Source: a virus
Length of the DNA stretch: 64,000 nucleotides
Strand: one strand, 5' to 3'
IMG/VR virus record: IMGVR_UViG_3300049043_000188
Location: 1-64,000 of that record
Shown piece after piece: positions 45,144-58,830 of the stretch (position 1 is its first letter; each line of letters opens with the position of its first letter). The notes below the pieces were generated by a model, which was not told the DNA's origin, searched no databases, and saw only the letters and a list, made by a program, of their open reading frames with translations. Position numbers and translations under genes: made by a program.

Positions 45144-48100
45144 ATGTCTCAGGAAACTAATCTTAATGTATCTCCATATTTTGATGATTTTGATGCAAAT
45201 AATGACTATTATAGGGTTCTTTTTAAACCAGGATATCCTGTTCAAGCAAGAGAATTAACCACTCTACAATCAATATTACAAAACCAAATTGAAAAATTTG
45301 GGCAACATTTTTTTAAAGAAGGTGCTAAAGTAATTCCAGGTAACACTGGATATACTCAATTGTATTATGCGGTAGAACTTCAAAATAATTATCTTGGAGT
45401 TCCTGTCTCGGCATATGCCAATCAATTAGTAGGAACAAAGATTACCGGACAAACATCAGGTGTAACAGCAGTAGTAGATAAAGTTTTACTTCCGACCGAT
45501 TCTGAAAGAGGAAATTTAACTTTATATGTAAATTACTTAGCATCAAACACTCAAAATAATTCAACTCAACAATTTTCTGACGGAGAATTGTTGTCTAGTA
45601 GCATACAAATTACTTCTGGTCTTCTGGGTAATTCTTTAATTGCAGTTGGACAACCTTTTGCATCAACGATCTCTCAAAATGCAACTTCTATAGGATCAGC
45701 ATTTTCTATTACAAATGGAGTTTACTTTATACGAGGACAATTTGTAACTGTAAAAACAGAAACTTTAATTTTAGACCAATATTCAAATATTCCAAATTAT
45801 CGTGTTGGTTTATTTGTACGTGAAGAAATTGTTACATCTGAAACTGATGAATCATTAAATGATAATTCTCAAGGATTTAATAACTATGCATCTCCTGGAG
45901 CTGATAGATTAAAAATTACAGCATCACTATTTAAAAAACCTTTAACTGATTTTGATGATGGAAATTTTGTAGAACTAGCAACAATAAAAGAAGGTGCTAT
46001 TAGATCTCAACAAACTACACCCATATAATAGTATAACAGATGAATTAGCAAGAAGAACTTATGCAGAATCTGGTGACTACTATGTAACTCCTTTTGATGC
46101 TTCTTTAAAAGAATCTTTAAATAATAACCTAGGAAATAATGGAATTTTTAATTCAGGACAATTCACATATGGTGGATCTACTCCATCAAACGATTTGGCA
46201 GTTTATCAAATTTCTCCAGGTAAAGCATTTGTTAGAGGGTATGAGTGCGAAACAATAAGTTCAACTTTTTTAGATTGCCCTAAACCTAGAACAACTAAAA
46301 CTTTAGAAAATCAGTCATTAAATTATAACACTGGTCCAACTTTAAAATTAAACAGAGTTTATGGATCTCCAAAAATTGGAGTTGGTAATACTTATGTATT
46401 AAGTTTACGTGATTCTAGAGTTGGTTCTGATCAAAAAGCATCTGCAGGTAAAGAAATTGGTGTTGCAAGAGTTTATGATTTTAGATTAGAATCTGGTGCA
46501 TATGATGCATCAAATTCAAATCTAAACCAGTGGAATATTTCTTTATATGATGTCCAGACAACAACAGAAATTACTGTAAATCGAACCAATTACACTATCT
46601 GTTCCAACTTTTATTAAAGGAAAAAATAGTGGAGCAACGGCATTTATTAAAGATAATGTTGTAGCGGGAACTGCAGTCACTGTTTATGAAAAAACAGGAG
46701 ACTTTATTCTAAATGAATCATTTATTATTGATGGCATTGAAAACTCAAGAGTAGCAATTGCAATTACATCGTATGGGATTTCTGATGTAAAATCTGTATA
46801 TGGAATTGTAGGTTCAGCATCGACTTTTTCTGCTGATGCCATTCAATCAACTGGATTTAGTGTTGGAATTGCAACAATTAGTACATTATCAGGTGGAGTA
46901 AGTACAGTAACAAGTCCAAATACTGTATTTCCTGGTAAAGTTGTTAGAATTGGAAATTTAGTTCAATATAGCGATCCAACTAGCAGAGATCCAATCATTG
47001 CAAAGGTCGTAGGAACAGGAAATACTACTATTGCTATAAGTGGAGTCACTGGTGTTAGTGGTATTGCCTCAGGACAATTACCATCTTCATCATTAAATGT
47101 AACTGATTTTAAAATTTTAACTACGAATCTAGAAACATCAACAGATAACACTTTTTATACTAGATTGCCAAAAGTTAATATATCTAATGTAGATTTAACA
47201 AATGCAGTATTGGGAATTAGAACTGTATTTACAGTAAATATTTCAGGAAATCAGACGACTACTGTTACAGCAGGGACAAATGAAACATTTTTGCCTTTTG
47301 ATGAAGAAAGGTATGCACTTATAACATCAAATGGACAAACAGAGGTTTTAACTTCTGATAAAGTTCAAATTGATTCTACAGGAACTCAATTAACAATTTA
47401 CAATCTTTCTACTTCTTCAGATAGTGGAGCAACTTTAATTGCAACTACAAGAAAAATTAAACCAAAAGCAAAATTAAAAAGAAAAAATAGAGTTAATTTT
47501 ATTATTGTAGATAAATCAAAATATCAAGGATCTGGAATTGGGTCTACAACTTTAAATGATGGATTATCTTACGGAAAATACCCGTTTGGAACAAGAGTTC
47601 AGGATGAAATTATTTCTCTTAACACATCAGATATTATAGAAATTCACGGTATTTTTGAATCTACCAATACATCTGATGTATCTGCTCCAACATTAGAACT
47701 TACCTCTATTAGTGGACCAACTGCAACTACATCTGATTTAATTATTGGTGAAAAAATAATAGGACAAACTAGTGGTGCAATTGCTATCTTTGCAGAAAAA
47801 ATTAACGATACAAAAATTTCTTTTATTTACAAAAATCAAAAAATATTTAAGGAAGGAGAAACTTTAAGATTTGAAGAATCACAAATTCAAGCAACATCTC
47901 AAACAATTGATTCCTCAAGTTTTGATATTTCTTCCAATTTTACTTTTACAAATGGTCAAGAATCAACTTTTTACGATTATGGCACCATTAAAAGAAAAGC
48001 AGGATTACAGGAACCTACTAAAAAGTTAAAAATATATTTCTCAAATGGATATTATGAAGCAAATGATGATGGAGATATAACAACAGTTAATTCATATAAT

Positions 48101-51100
48101 ACTTTTGACTATGGTTCAGAAGTTCAAACTGTTAATGGAATAAGAAATTCTGATATTATAGATATTCGTCCAAAAACTTCCACATTATACAGTTAGTGCT
48201 AGATTCAAGATCTCCACTCGAATTTTATGGAAGAACCTTTAATGCATCTGGAAATTCTTCTAGAAATATTTTAGCATCTGATGAATCTATTTTAACATCT
48301 TTCTCATTCTATCTTGGAAGAATTGATAGAATTTATCTTAACTAAGGAAGGAAAATTCCAAGTTAAATATGGTGTTCCTTCAGAAAGACCAGAAAAACCA
48401 GTTTCTGTGGATGATGCATTAGAAATTGCAACAATAGATCTACCAGCATACTTATATAATACATCTCAAGCAACTATTCAATTCTTAGAACATAAACGAT
48501 ATAGAATGGTTGATATTAAGCAACTTGAAAATAGAATTAAAAATCTTGAATATTACACGGCACTTTCTTTATTAGAAACAAATACAGCAAATCTCTTTAT
48601 TCCTGATGGAGATGGATTAAACAGATTTAAGTCTGGATTCTTTGTCGATAACTTTACATCATTGCTTAGCACAAGAAGATTCTGTTTTTTATAAGAATAG
48701 TATTGATATAGCAAACAAGCAATTAAGACCAAGACATTATACAAATTCAGTTGATTTAATTTTTGGTCCAGTAACAGGTGTAGATCCAACAGGAGATCTT
48801 GCATTCACTCCAATGGAAGGAGTTAATGTTAGAAAATCTAAAGATGTTGTTACTCTAGATTATGCTGAAGTTGAATGGTTAAAACAATCATTTGCAACTA
48901 GATCAGAAAGTGTTACTCCGTTTCTGATTAGTTTCTGGCAAGGATCCCTAGAATTATCTCCAGCATCAGATACTTGGGTCGATACGGTAAGATTAGAAGC
49001 AAAAGTAATTCAGACTGAAGGAAATTATGCAGAAACACTTTCTAACGCAGTAAGAACTTTAAATGTTGATCCTCAAACTGGATTTGCTCCAGTTGTTTGG
49101 AATGCTTGGGAAACTAATTGGACAGGTCAAGAAGTTATTAATACTTCTAGAACAAGAACCGAAACATCTGGTGGTAAATTGGAGAGGTATTATTTCTGGT
49201 GGTATGGGTCGTGAAGTATATGAAACTCAAACTACATCAGTAATTCAAGATAACTTGAGAGAAATTAGAGATACTGGTGTTCAGACTAGAACTGGAAATA
49301 GAACAATTGTATCAGAACAATTTGATAAAACTTCTGTTGGTGATCGTGTTGTAAGTAGAAATCTTATTCCATATATGCGTTCTAGAAATATTCAATTTGT
49401 TTCTAAAAAACTTAAACCATTGACTCAAATTTATGCTTTCTTTGATGGTGTTGATGTAACTCGTTATTGTGTTCCAAAGTTATTAGAAATTTCTATGGTT
49501 TCTGGAACTTTTCAGGTTGGAGAAAAAGTTATTGGAACTGTACAAAATACTGGATTAAATCCAAATCTTAGGACAAAATGTTGCTAGAATTTCATTTAGA
49601 GTTGCACAATCTAATCATAAAGAGGGACCTTATAATGCAGCAACATACTACATATCCAAATAATCCATATACTGGACAAACTTTACAATCAACATATTCT
49701 TCAACTTCCAATATTTTAAATGTTGATACCTTCTCACTTTCAAATCAACCACAAGGAGAATATAGTGGATGGGTAGAATCTGGAATGATTTTAATTGGTC
49801 AAACTAGTGGAGCACAAGCAACTCTTACCAATGTAAGATTGGTATCAGATTTATCTGCAACTTTAATTGGAAGTTTCTTTATTCCAAGTCCAAATACCAA
49901 TATTCATCCAAAATTTGAAACTGGAACCAAAACATTTACTTTAGTCAATAGCAGTACAAATGATCAAAATGTTGCTACTACAATTGCCGAAGAAGGATTT
50001 GTTGCTAGTGGAACTTTAGAAACAGTTCAAGAAAATATTATTTCTGTAAGAAACGCAAGAATTCAAAACAAACAAGAATTTGAAGAAAGAGCAGTATCTA
50101 GAACAACTGGGACTCAAGTTGTGAGCAGTACTACTTTATCACAATCAAGAAGAAATGTTCTGGTTGGATGGTATGACCCTCTCGCACAATCTTTCTTAGT
50201 TGAAGACGAAACTGGTGTATTCTTAACCAAGTGTGAGGTATTCTTCAGATCTAAAGATGATATGGACATTCCTGTAACGTTCCAATTAAGAACGATGCAG
50301 AATGGATTTCCAACACAAAGAATTCTTCCATTCTCAGAAATTACTTTAGATCCAGGAGATATTCAAACCTCAGCAGATGGATCTGTGGCAACTACATTTG
50401 ATTTTGATGCTCCTGTTTACTTAGAAGGTGGTAAAGAATATTGTATATGTCTTGCATCAAACTCAACAAAATATAGTGTTTATGTCTCAAGAATTGGTGA
50501 AAATGATATACTTACTCAGACATTTATTTCCAATCAACCATACTTGGGATCACTCTTTAAGTCTCAGAATGCATCAACTTGGGAAGCAAGTCAGTGGGAA
50601 GATCTTAAGTTTACCCTTTATAGAGCTGACTTCTTAACTTCAGGAACAGTTGATTTCTATAGTCCAGAACTAACTGAAGGAAATAAGCAAATTCCAACAT
50701 TGATGCCAAATTCCCTCAGTTTAATTTCCAGAAAAATTAGAGTTGGACTTGGTTCAACCGTTCAAGATTCTGGATTAACTTTAGGAAATACAGTTATCCA
50801 ACAAGGAACTAATGCAACTGCAAATTATGTTGGAGCAGCTGGAAGTGCATCGGGAACTCTGAATGTAATCAACTCTGGAATTGGATATACTCCCTCAAGT
50901 GGTGGATTATCAATTAATAATATTAACCTTGTTACAGTTACTGGAAATGGAAAAAATGCTACAGCAAATGTAACAGTATCTAATGGGGTAGCTATTGCAG
51001 CAACCATTACAAATGGTGGTGTTGGATATCAAGTTGGAGATGTAGTTGGAATTAGTACTTTTGGATCTATTGCAGTTGGAAGAAATGCAAGATTTTCTAT

Positions 51101-52610
51101 TGTTTCTATTGCAAGCACCAATCAATTAATTCTTGATAATGTTCAAGGAGAATTTGTAGTTGGATCTGCAAAAACTGTTCAATATATCAATAGTTCTGGA
51201 ATAACAACATACTTTAAACGCAACCACTGGCGGAAATGTATTAATCAATTCTATTGATACAATCAGCTGATGGATTGCACATAAAAATAAATCATCAAAA
51301 CCACGGAATGTATTCCAACAAAAATTATGTTGCTATATCAAATGCACAATCTGACGTAAATCCAACAAAATTAAGTACTGCGTATAATACGAATTCTACA
51401 GGATCTATTAGTGTTGACAGTGCATCTAATTTCTCAACGTTTGAAAACGTTGGTGTTGGAACGACTAATCCAGGATATTTACTAATAGGCGATGAAATAA
51501 TTCAATATACCTCTGTTTCAGGAAACTTAATCGGAGGAAATATGTTAAGAGGTACAAATTCGAAGAATTATCCGGTTGGAACACCAGTTTATAAGTATGA
51601 ATTGGGTGGAGTATCTTTAAGAAGAATTAATAAAACACATTATCTTAATGATGCAACCGTTTCAGATCCAATAGGATTTGATTCTTATCACGTAAAACTT
51701 GATATGAATTCAAACGGTATTGGTAGAACTAGTGATACTGGATATCCAAGACTTTATATCAACCAAACAAAATCTGCTGGTGGATATAGCACTAAGGCAA
51801 CTCAAAATATGCCTTATGAAATTATCACACCTATTATTCAAAATTTGACTGTAAGAGGAACATCTTTAAATGCCTCACTCAGAACTGTAACCGGATCAAG
51901 TATAAGTGGTAATGAAATACCATTTATTGATAATGGATTTGAACCCATTAGTATTGGAAAACCAAATTACTTGGATAGTACAAGAATTATCTGTTCTAAG
52001 ATTAATGAAAATGAAAAACTACTGAATCTTCCTGGTAATAAATCAATGAACCTTAGACTGCAACTTGATACCGTAGATTCCAGATTAAGTCCAGTTGTCG
52101 ATACTCAGAGAGTTTCTACAATATTAACTTCAAATAGAGTTAACAACGTAATTTCTAATTACGCAACAGATTCTAGAGTTAATACTATTGATCAAGATCC
52201 ATCTGCTTTCCAATATATTTCTAAAGAAATCAATTTGGAAAATGGAGCAAGTTCTATTAAGATCCTTCTGAACGCTCATATCAATCAATATTGCGATATC
52301 AGAGCACTTTATGCAATTAGTGAAAAACCAAACTTCAATCCAGTATTTGTTCCATTCCCAGGATACTCTAATCTAAACACTAAGAATGAAGTCATCAATT
52401 TTGCAGATAGTGATGGAAGATCTGATGTATTTGTAACTCCAACACAATCTCTAGGATTTGAAACATCCGATATTGAATTTAAAGAATATGTATTTACAAT
52501 TGATAAATTACCTTCCTTCAAATCATACAGAATTAAACTTAGTACTAACATCAACAAATCAAGTTTATGTCCCAAGAATTAAAGATCTGAGAGTTATTGC
52601 TTTAGCATAA
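45144..52610 (+). CDS. large virion structural protein, DUF4815/VrlC-like (frameshifted)
   Basis: NLNVSPYFDDFD...LFKPGYPVQARELTTLQS; RFKSGFFVDNF; DPLAQSF; GSLFKSQNASTW. Confidence 0.85.
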
Positions 52611-52611
52611 T

Positions 52612-52836
52612 ATGGATTATTTGAAAGTTGAAGGATACTCTCATCTAATGAGAGATCAAAGTACAAATTCAATTGTTAATACTAATATGTCAGAATACCA
52701 AGAATATGTTTCTAGAAGAAATGCAAAGAGTGAAGAGAATCAAAAAGTACAGAATATAGAAGAAGAACTTGATAATATAAAAAATGATATCAATGAAATT
52801 AAAAATTTACTTAGGAGTTTGGTAAATGGATCCTGA
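52612..52836 (+). CDS. conserved small coiled-coil protein
   Basis: KVEGYSHLMRD..TNSIVN; heptad tail. Confidence 0.75.
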   Translation: MDYLKVEGYSHLMRDQSTNSIVNTNMSEYQEYVSRRNAKSEENQKVQNIEEELDNIKNDINEIKNLLRSLVNGS

Positions 52837-52999
52837 TAAAATTGTATTAGAAGATTTATCCAAAAGTTTTGAATATATGAAAGCTTGTATAGAAATTGAC
52901 TCTGTAGATGATATTGATGAAATTAAAACGGTTGCAAAAGCTTATATGAAATTATATTTGAAGCAACAAGAAGTTTTAAAAGATTTAATTAAACTATAA
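52826..52999 (+). CDS. small helical protein (57 aa)
   Basis: MDPDKIVLEDLSKSFEYMKACIEIDSVDDIDEIKTVAKAYMKLYLKQQEVLKDLIKL. Confidence 0.7.
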   Translation: MDPDKIVLEDLSKSFEYMKACIEIDSVDDIDEIKTVAKAYMKLYLKQQEVLKDLIKL

Positions 53000-53020
53000 A
53001 TATTTTAAAAAGTAAAGATA

Positions 53021-53867
53021 ATGGCGCAACCATCCACTAGACAGGGTTTGATAGATTATTGTAAAAGAAAACTGGGGGCTCCAGTTTTGGAAATCAATGT
53101 AGCGGATGAACAGATTGATGATTTAGTGGATGATGCCATTCAATTTTTCCAAGAAAGACATTTTGATGGAGTTTATCCAACATTTTACAAATATAAAATA
53201 ACTCAAGCAGATATTGACAGAGGAAGATCGAGAGGTAATGATGTTGCAGTTGGTATTGCTACTACATCGGCAACTACAAATATAGTTGGAACTGCAACGA
53301 CATTTACTTATGAGGAAAACAGCAATTATTTACAAGTTCCTCCCAATATTATTGGGGTAAATAAAATTTTTCACTTTGATGGATCAAACACCATTACCCA
53401 CAATATGTTTAGTGTTAAATATCAATTATTCTTAAATGACATTTATTATTGGGGAGCCACAGAAATTTTAAGTTATGCAATGGTAAAAACTTATCTTGAA
53501 GATCTTGATTTTTTATTAACTACGCAAAAACAAATTAGATTTAATAAAAGACAAGATAGACTTTATTTAGATATTGATTGGGGATCAGTAACTGTAGGAC
53601 AATATATGATTATTGATTGCTATTCTACATTAGATCCAAATGATTATTCAAGAGTTTGGAACGATTCTTTTTTAAAACCATATTTAACCTCATTGATTAA
53701 ACGTCAATGGGGTCAGAAATATGATGAAATTTACTGGAGTAAAACTTCCCGGTGGTGTTGAACTCAATGGGAGACAAATGTATGATGATGCTCAAAGAGA
53801 AATTGATATTTTAATGGAAAAAATGTCCAATACATATGAACTACCTCCTCTTGATATGATAGGATGA
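53021..53867 (+). CDS. gp13: neck protein gp13 (frameshift near 53718)
   Basis: LIDYCKRKLGAPVLEINVADEQIDD; ends PPLDMIG; TATAAATA at 52995-53002. Confidence 0.93.
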
Positions 53868-53871
53868 TAAA

Positions 53872-55287
53872 ATGCTCAATCCATTTTTTTTACAAGGTTC
53901 TAAAGGAGAACAAGGATTAATACAAGACCTAATTAATGAACAACTTCGTATGTATGGAGTTGATATTCATTATTTACCGAGAAAATATTTAACTGAAAAA
54001 AAAGTTTTAAGAGAAGTTATAGAATCTGCTTTTGATGAGGCATATCCTTTAGAAGCATATATTGAAAATTATGAAGGTTATGGAGATAACACTACAATCT
54101 TATCTAAATTTGGAATCCAAGCACTCAATGAACTTACAATAACAATATCAAAAGAAAGATTTGAAAGTTATATTTCCCCTTTAATCAAAAATAAACCAAA
54201 TATTAAGTTGGGAACTAGACCAAAGGAGGGAGATTTAATTTATTTTCCTCTTGGGGATAGATTGTTTGAAATAAAATTTGTAGAGCATGAACAACCATTT
54301 TATCAATTACAAAAAACTTATGTATATACGTTAAAATGCGAACTCTTTAGATATGAGGATGAAGTTATTGATACTGGAATTGAAGAAATAGATGACACAA
54401 ATGTTGGAGGAGGAGATACTATTGGAGGTATTGGTGGAGGAGTTGGAATAACTCAAATACTTACCTTGATTGGTGTTGGAACCACAGCATCTGCAACAAC
54501 AACATTAATTAATGGAGGTATTAGATTTATTACTGTTACAAATAGGGGTGGTGGGTACTCAAATGCTCCTACAGTTGCAATATCTTCTGCTCCTGCTGGT
54601 GGAGTAACTGGTATTGCTACAGCAACAATGATTGGTGGAATTGTTGTATGTAATGATAATGTAAATCCTCAAAATAAATCAGTTCAAAGTGTTGCACTAA
54701 TTAATCCTGGATTTGGATACACCGTAACTCCAGGAATAAGATTTATTGGTGGTGGTGGTTCAGGTGCAGCTGCCACGGCATCTATAGGAACTGGAATTAT
54801 TGGACCTATTACAGTTACTAATGCAGGATCAGGATATACAACTGCACCAACAATAACATTTGCAGGAATTGCATCAGTATCTGCTGCAGCAACTGCAGTT
54901 GTAAGTACGTCCGGATCAATCACTGCAATTAGAATTATAAATTCAGGTCTTGGATATACGGTAGCACCAACTATTACAATATCCGCACCATCTTTTGTTG
55001 GAATTGGAACTTATCAATATAATGAAATTATTACAGGAAGTATAAGTGGAGTTACTGCTAGAGTAAGATCTTGGAACGCAATTACAAATATTTTAGAAAT
55101 CTCAAATGAAACTGGTTCTTTTGTAAGAGGAGAAAAAATTGTTGGATCTGCATCATCAGCATCATATGTATTATCTTCAATTGGAGATTATTTTACTCAA
55201 AATGCTTATGCAGACAATTTAGATATAGAATTAGAAGCAGATAAAATAATAGACTTTACGGAGTCTAATCCATTTGGAATGCCATAA
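53872..55287 (+). CDS. gp14: neck protein gp14
   Basis: EQGLIQDLINEQLRMYG, RPKEGDLIYFPL, ESNPFG. Confidence 0.93.
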   Translation: MLNPFFLQGSKGEQGLIQDLINEQLRMYGVDIHYLPRKYLTEKKVLREVIESAFDEAYPLEAYIENYEGYGDNTTILSKFGIQALNELTITISKERFESYISPLIKNKPNIKLGTRPKEGDLIYFPLGDRLFEIKFVEHEQPFYQLQKTYVYTLKCELFRYEDEVIDTGIEEIDDTNVGGGDTIGGIGGGVGITQILTLIGVGTTASATTTLINGGIRFITVTNRGGGYSNAPTVAISSAPAGGVTGIATATMIGGIVVCNDNVNPQNKSVQSVALINPGFGYTVTPGIRFIGGGGSGAAATASIGTGIIGPITVTNAGSGYTTAPTITFAGIASVSAAATAVVSTSGSITAIRIINSGLGYTVAPTITISAPSFVGIGTYQYNEIITGSISGVTARVRSWNAITNILEISNETGSFVRGEKIVGSASSASYVLSSIGDYFTQNAYADNLDIELEADKIIDFTESNPFGMP

Positions 55288-55333
55288 ATATAATTTATTA
55301 TTTGGTTAAATAGTATCACAAGGAACTACTAAA

Positions 55334-56335
55334 ATGTTTGAATATTTTTATAACGAAATTTTAAGAAAAACTGTAGTGTCTTTTGGATCTCTATTCAACG
55401 ACATATCAATCAAACATACCGACAATTCAAATGAAGTTATTGATGTTATAAAAGTTCCGTTGGCATATGGACCGACTCAGAAATTTTTAGCAAGACTTGA
55501 GCAATCTCCAGATTTAAATAAACCAGTTCAAATTACATTACCTAGAATGTCATTTGAATTTACGGGACTTACCTATGATGCATCAAGAAAATTAACTACA
55601 ACACAAACTTTTACCTCAAAGTCATCAATAGATGGATCTATAGTTAAAAAAACTTATATGCCAGTTCCATATAATTTACAATTTGAATTGGCAATTATGA
55701 CAAAATTGAATGATGATGCTCTACAGATTATTGAGCAAATTCTTCCATATTTCCAACCAGCATACACTTTAACCATCGAACTTATTGATGAAATTAATGA
55801 AAAAAGAGATATTCCAATTGTTTTAGAAAACGTAACATTTCAAGATGATTATGAGGGAAACTTTGAAACTCGAAGAGTATTAATTTACACTTTAAGATTT
55901 ACTGCAAAGACATATCTTTTTGGACCAACTCAAACAGCAACAAAAGATATTATCAAAAAATCTACTATCAGTTATATTACTGGAGATTCTACATCTACTC
56001 CAACTAGAGAAGTTGTGTATTCGTCAGATATACGTGCAATTAAAAACTACACTGGAACAGTTCTAACAAATTTGACAAAAGATATTACTGTAGAAGATAT
56101 CTTAATTGAAGTAAATAATGCTTCCACAATATCAGCAAACACATATTTAGATATTGAAGGTGAAGAAGTATATGTAAAATTAAAAACTGGAAATGTTCTT
56201 ACTGTAGATAGAGGAAGAGATGGAACAACAATTACCTCACATTTGTCCGGATCTGAAGTAAAGTCTATTACTACTACCGATAATACTTTGGTAGAAATTG
56301 GTGATGATTTTGGTTTTAATGGGCAAACTTTATAA
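55334..56335 (+). CDS. gp15: tail terminator / sheath stabilizer gp15
   Basis: FGSLFNDI...KVPLAYGP..KFLARL...LPRMSFE. Confidence 0.93.
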   Translation: MFEYFYNEILRKTVVSFGSLFNDISIKHTDNSNEVIDVIKVPLAYGPTQKFLARLEQSPDLNKPVQITLPRMSFEFTGLTYDASRKLTTTQTFTSKSSIDGSIVKKTYMPVPYNLQFELAIMTKLNDDALQIIEQILPYFQPAYTLTIELIDEINEKRDIPIVLENVTFQDDYEGNFETRRVLIYTLRFTAKTYLFGPTQTATKDIIKKSTISYITGDSTSTPTREVVYSSDIRAIKNYTGTVLTNLTKDITVEDILIEVNNASTISANTYLDIEGEEVYVKLKTGNVLTVDRGRDGTTITSHLSGSEVKSITTTDNTLVEIGDDFGFNGQTL

Positions 56336-56337
56336 AA

Positions 56338-56778
56338 ATGACAAAAAAATTTGACAAACTAAATGATACATTTAATGTTTCTGGGAAAATAATTACTACA
56401 CACCCTGTAGAAAGTTCTTTATCCGTAGAGGTAGAAAAAATTTCTACACCAGTTGATGATATAAAAAAAGATTATGAATATACTAGAGGAAATTTATATT
56501 CGTTGATTGAAAAAGGTCAAGAAGCAATTAATGGTATTTTAGAATTAGCACAGGAAAGTGAAATGCCGAGAGCATACGAAGTTGCTGGACAACTAATTAA
56601 AAGTGTAGCAGATGCTACAGACAAATTAATGGACCTTCAAAAAAAATTGAAAGATATTGAAGAGGAAAAAGTAAGTAAAGGTCCAACAACAGTTAACAAT
56701 GCACTTTTTGTTGGATCAACAGCAGATTTGGCAAAGTTTTTAAAACAACAATCTCAAACTAACAATGAAAACCTTTAA
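56338..56778 (+). CDS. gp16: terminase small subunit gp16
   Basis: DYEYTRGNL...PRAYEVAGQLIK...NNALFVGSTADL. Confidence 0.93.
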   Translation: MTKKFDKLNDTFNVSGKIITTHPVESSLSVEVEKISTPVDDIKKDYEYTRGNLYSLIEKGQEAINGILELAQESEMPRAYEVAGQLIKSVADATDKLMDLQKKLKDIEEEKVSKGPTTVNNALFVGSTADLAKFLKQQSQTNNENL

Positions 56779-56920
56779 ACAGTTCCAAGAAGACTGGACT
56801 AATAAATACAAAAAGAGTATTGATTGCTCTAATCCAAAAGGATTTTCTCAACGTGCTCATTGTGCGGGAAGAAGAAAAAGAGCAAAAGGTGAAGAAACTA
56901 AATCAAAACCAATTGAGTAA
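56765..56920 (+). CDS. small basic Cys-containing protein with capsid-targeting-like leader
   Basis: MKTFKQFQEDWTNKYKKSIDCSNPKGFSQRAHCAGRRKRAKGEETKSKPIE. Confidence 0.75.
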   Translation: MKTFKQFQEDWTNKYKKSIDCSNPKGFSQRAHCAGRRKRAKGEETKSKPIE

Positions 56921-58824
56921 TGCCACAGATTAAGACACATAAAACAGTTGAGCAAATTGCCAAGAAGCATCGTCTTGATGTGTCTTTTATACAAAAGCAA
57001 CTTGATATGGGTGAACCAATTGAACACGAACATACAAAAGACCACGAATTAGCAACTGATATTGCTCTGCAGCATCTTGATGAAATTCCAGATTATTATA
57101 CTCGTTTGAAAAAAATGGAAGCAGATGCTAAAAAAGAACATAAAAAGTTCAAGGACGTGAAAGAAGAAACCAAATCGGGAGATCAGGGTCTTCGTGACTG
57201 GTTTGGTAAATCCAAATCTTCTGATGGTAAAAAAGGATGGGTTCAGTTAGGAGGAAAATGGTCCGGCAAACCTTGTGCTCGTCAACCAGGACAAACTTCT
57301 ACACCTAAATGTGGCAGCTCAAAAATGAAAAGAGATCTTTCTAAAGATGAAGAGGAAACAGCAAGAAAAAGAAAAAATAGACTAGATCCAGACCAACCAC
57401 AAAAAACTGGTGGTGCCAAACCAACTAACGTAAGAACTGAAGAAATGGATTTACAAGAAGTCAAAGATAAACCAGGAAAAGGTAGTGGTAAAAAAGATGC
57501 CTGCTATCATAAAGTAAAGTCAAGATATTCAGTTTGGCCAAGTGCGTATGCATCAGGAGCACTGGTCAAGTGTCGTAAAGTTGGTGCTGCAAACTGGGGA
57601 ACAAAATCGGAGGAAACAATGCACGAAGAAGAAAGATATTGTCCTTTATGCGACAAAAGAGAGACAAGATCCGAATGTTCTTATGGTGGAAAAGCCTGGG
57701 ATAAAGTTTCTGTAAAAGATCATGAATACTCAATGGTACGATCAGAACTTCAAACTATTATGAGATGCTGCAGAAGAGATTGTCAGACAAAAGTTGGTCA
57801 AAGGGTGAAGGTAGATATTAGAAGCATGGGTTCAATCAAAAATTACTAAAGCAGCAGATTATATTGATACTGCAGCAGATTATGTTGATAGTGGTGAAAT
57901 GGAAGAGGCAGTAGGTTAAACTATCAATCCATCTGCTCATAACAGTTGCACAAAAAAGAGAAAAAATTAGAGCACTGACAAATCAAGGTATTGGTGGTGA
58001 AAAAGATGTTGCAAAGACAAAATTAGGACAAAATAGCAGAACTTCCAAAAATAAAAGAAGAAAATTTAGTAGATAAAATTACAAAAGAGATTCTTGATGA
58101 AAAATGTTGGCCTGGATATAAAAAGAAGGGAATGAAAACAATGTTTGGAAAAAGATATCCAAATTGCGTAAAAGCAGAGGAAAGTATTACTATTGAAGAT
58201 GCTGATGGTAATACTTTTGTCGAGGTTGTAGATTTAATTAAACCAGAACCAATCAAATCGCAAATAAAAGAAGCAACAAGACTTCAAGCACAAAGCGGAA
58301 ATATTATTGCAATTACTCTTTTATGGAGAGGAAAATATTATGCAATTCGCATGTTTTTTCCACAAACAAAACTTCCATCACGTCAAGAAGTAACAGATGA
58401 GATTCAAAAAGTTTATCCTGGTGGAAGAGTTGTTCATCATTCAGTATCAGAATTCACTCCAGGACAACCATTGATACAAGCAGGACTTCAAGGTGGATCA
58501 TTAGCATTTCCTGGTCCATCAAAAAAATATGTAAAACCTTACGGAGAGCAAGTTGAATTTTATGAAGATTGGCAGTCAGTTAATCGTAAAGATAAAACTG
58601 ATGGATTGAGCCAAAAGGCAGTTGATGCATATCGTCGTGAAAATCCAGGTTCAAAACTGCAAACTGCTGTAACTGAAAAGAAACCAACAGGAAAAAGAGC
58701 AAAACGTCGGGCATCATTTTGTCGCAGAATGAAAGGTATGAAGTCTAAACTGACTTCTGCAAAAACTGCAAGAGATCCAGATTCAAGAATCAATAAAGCC
58801 CTTCGTCGATGGAACTGCAACTAA
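56920..58824 (+). CDS. multi-module basic protein between the terminase genes (DUF5661-like N-term, DUF6321-like C-term; frameshifted)
   Basis: IEHEHT...IALQHLDEIPDYYTRL; RRASFCRRMKG...SRINKALRRWNC. Confidence 0.7.
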
Positions 58825-58830
58825 TTTATT

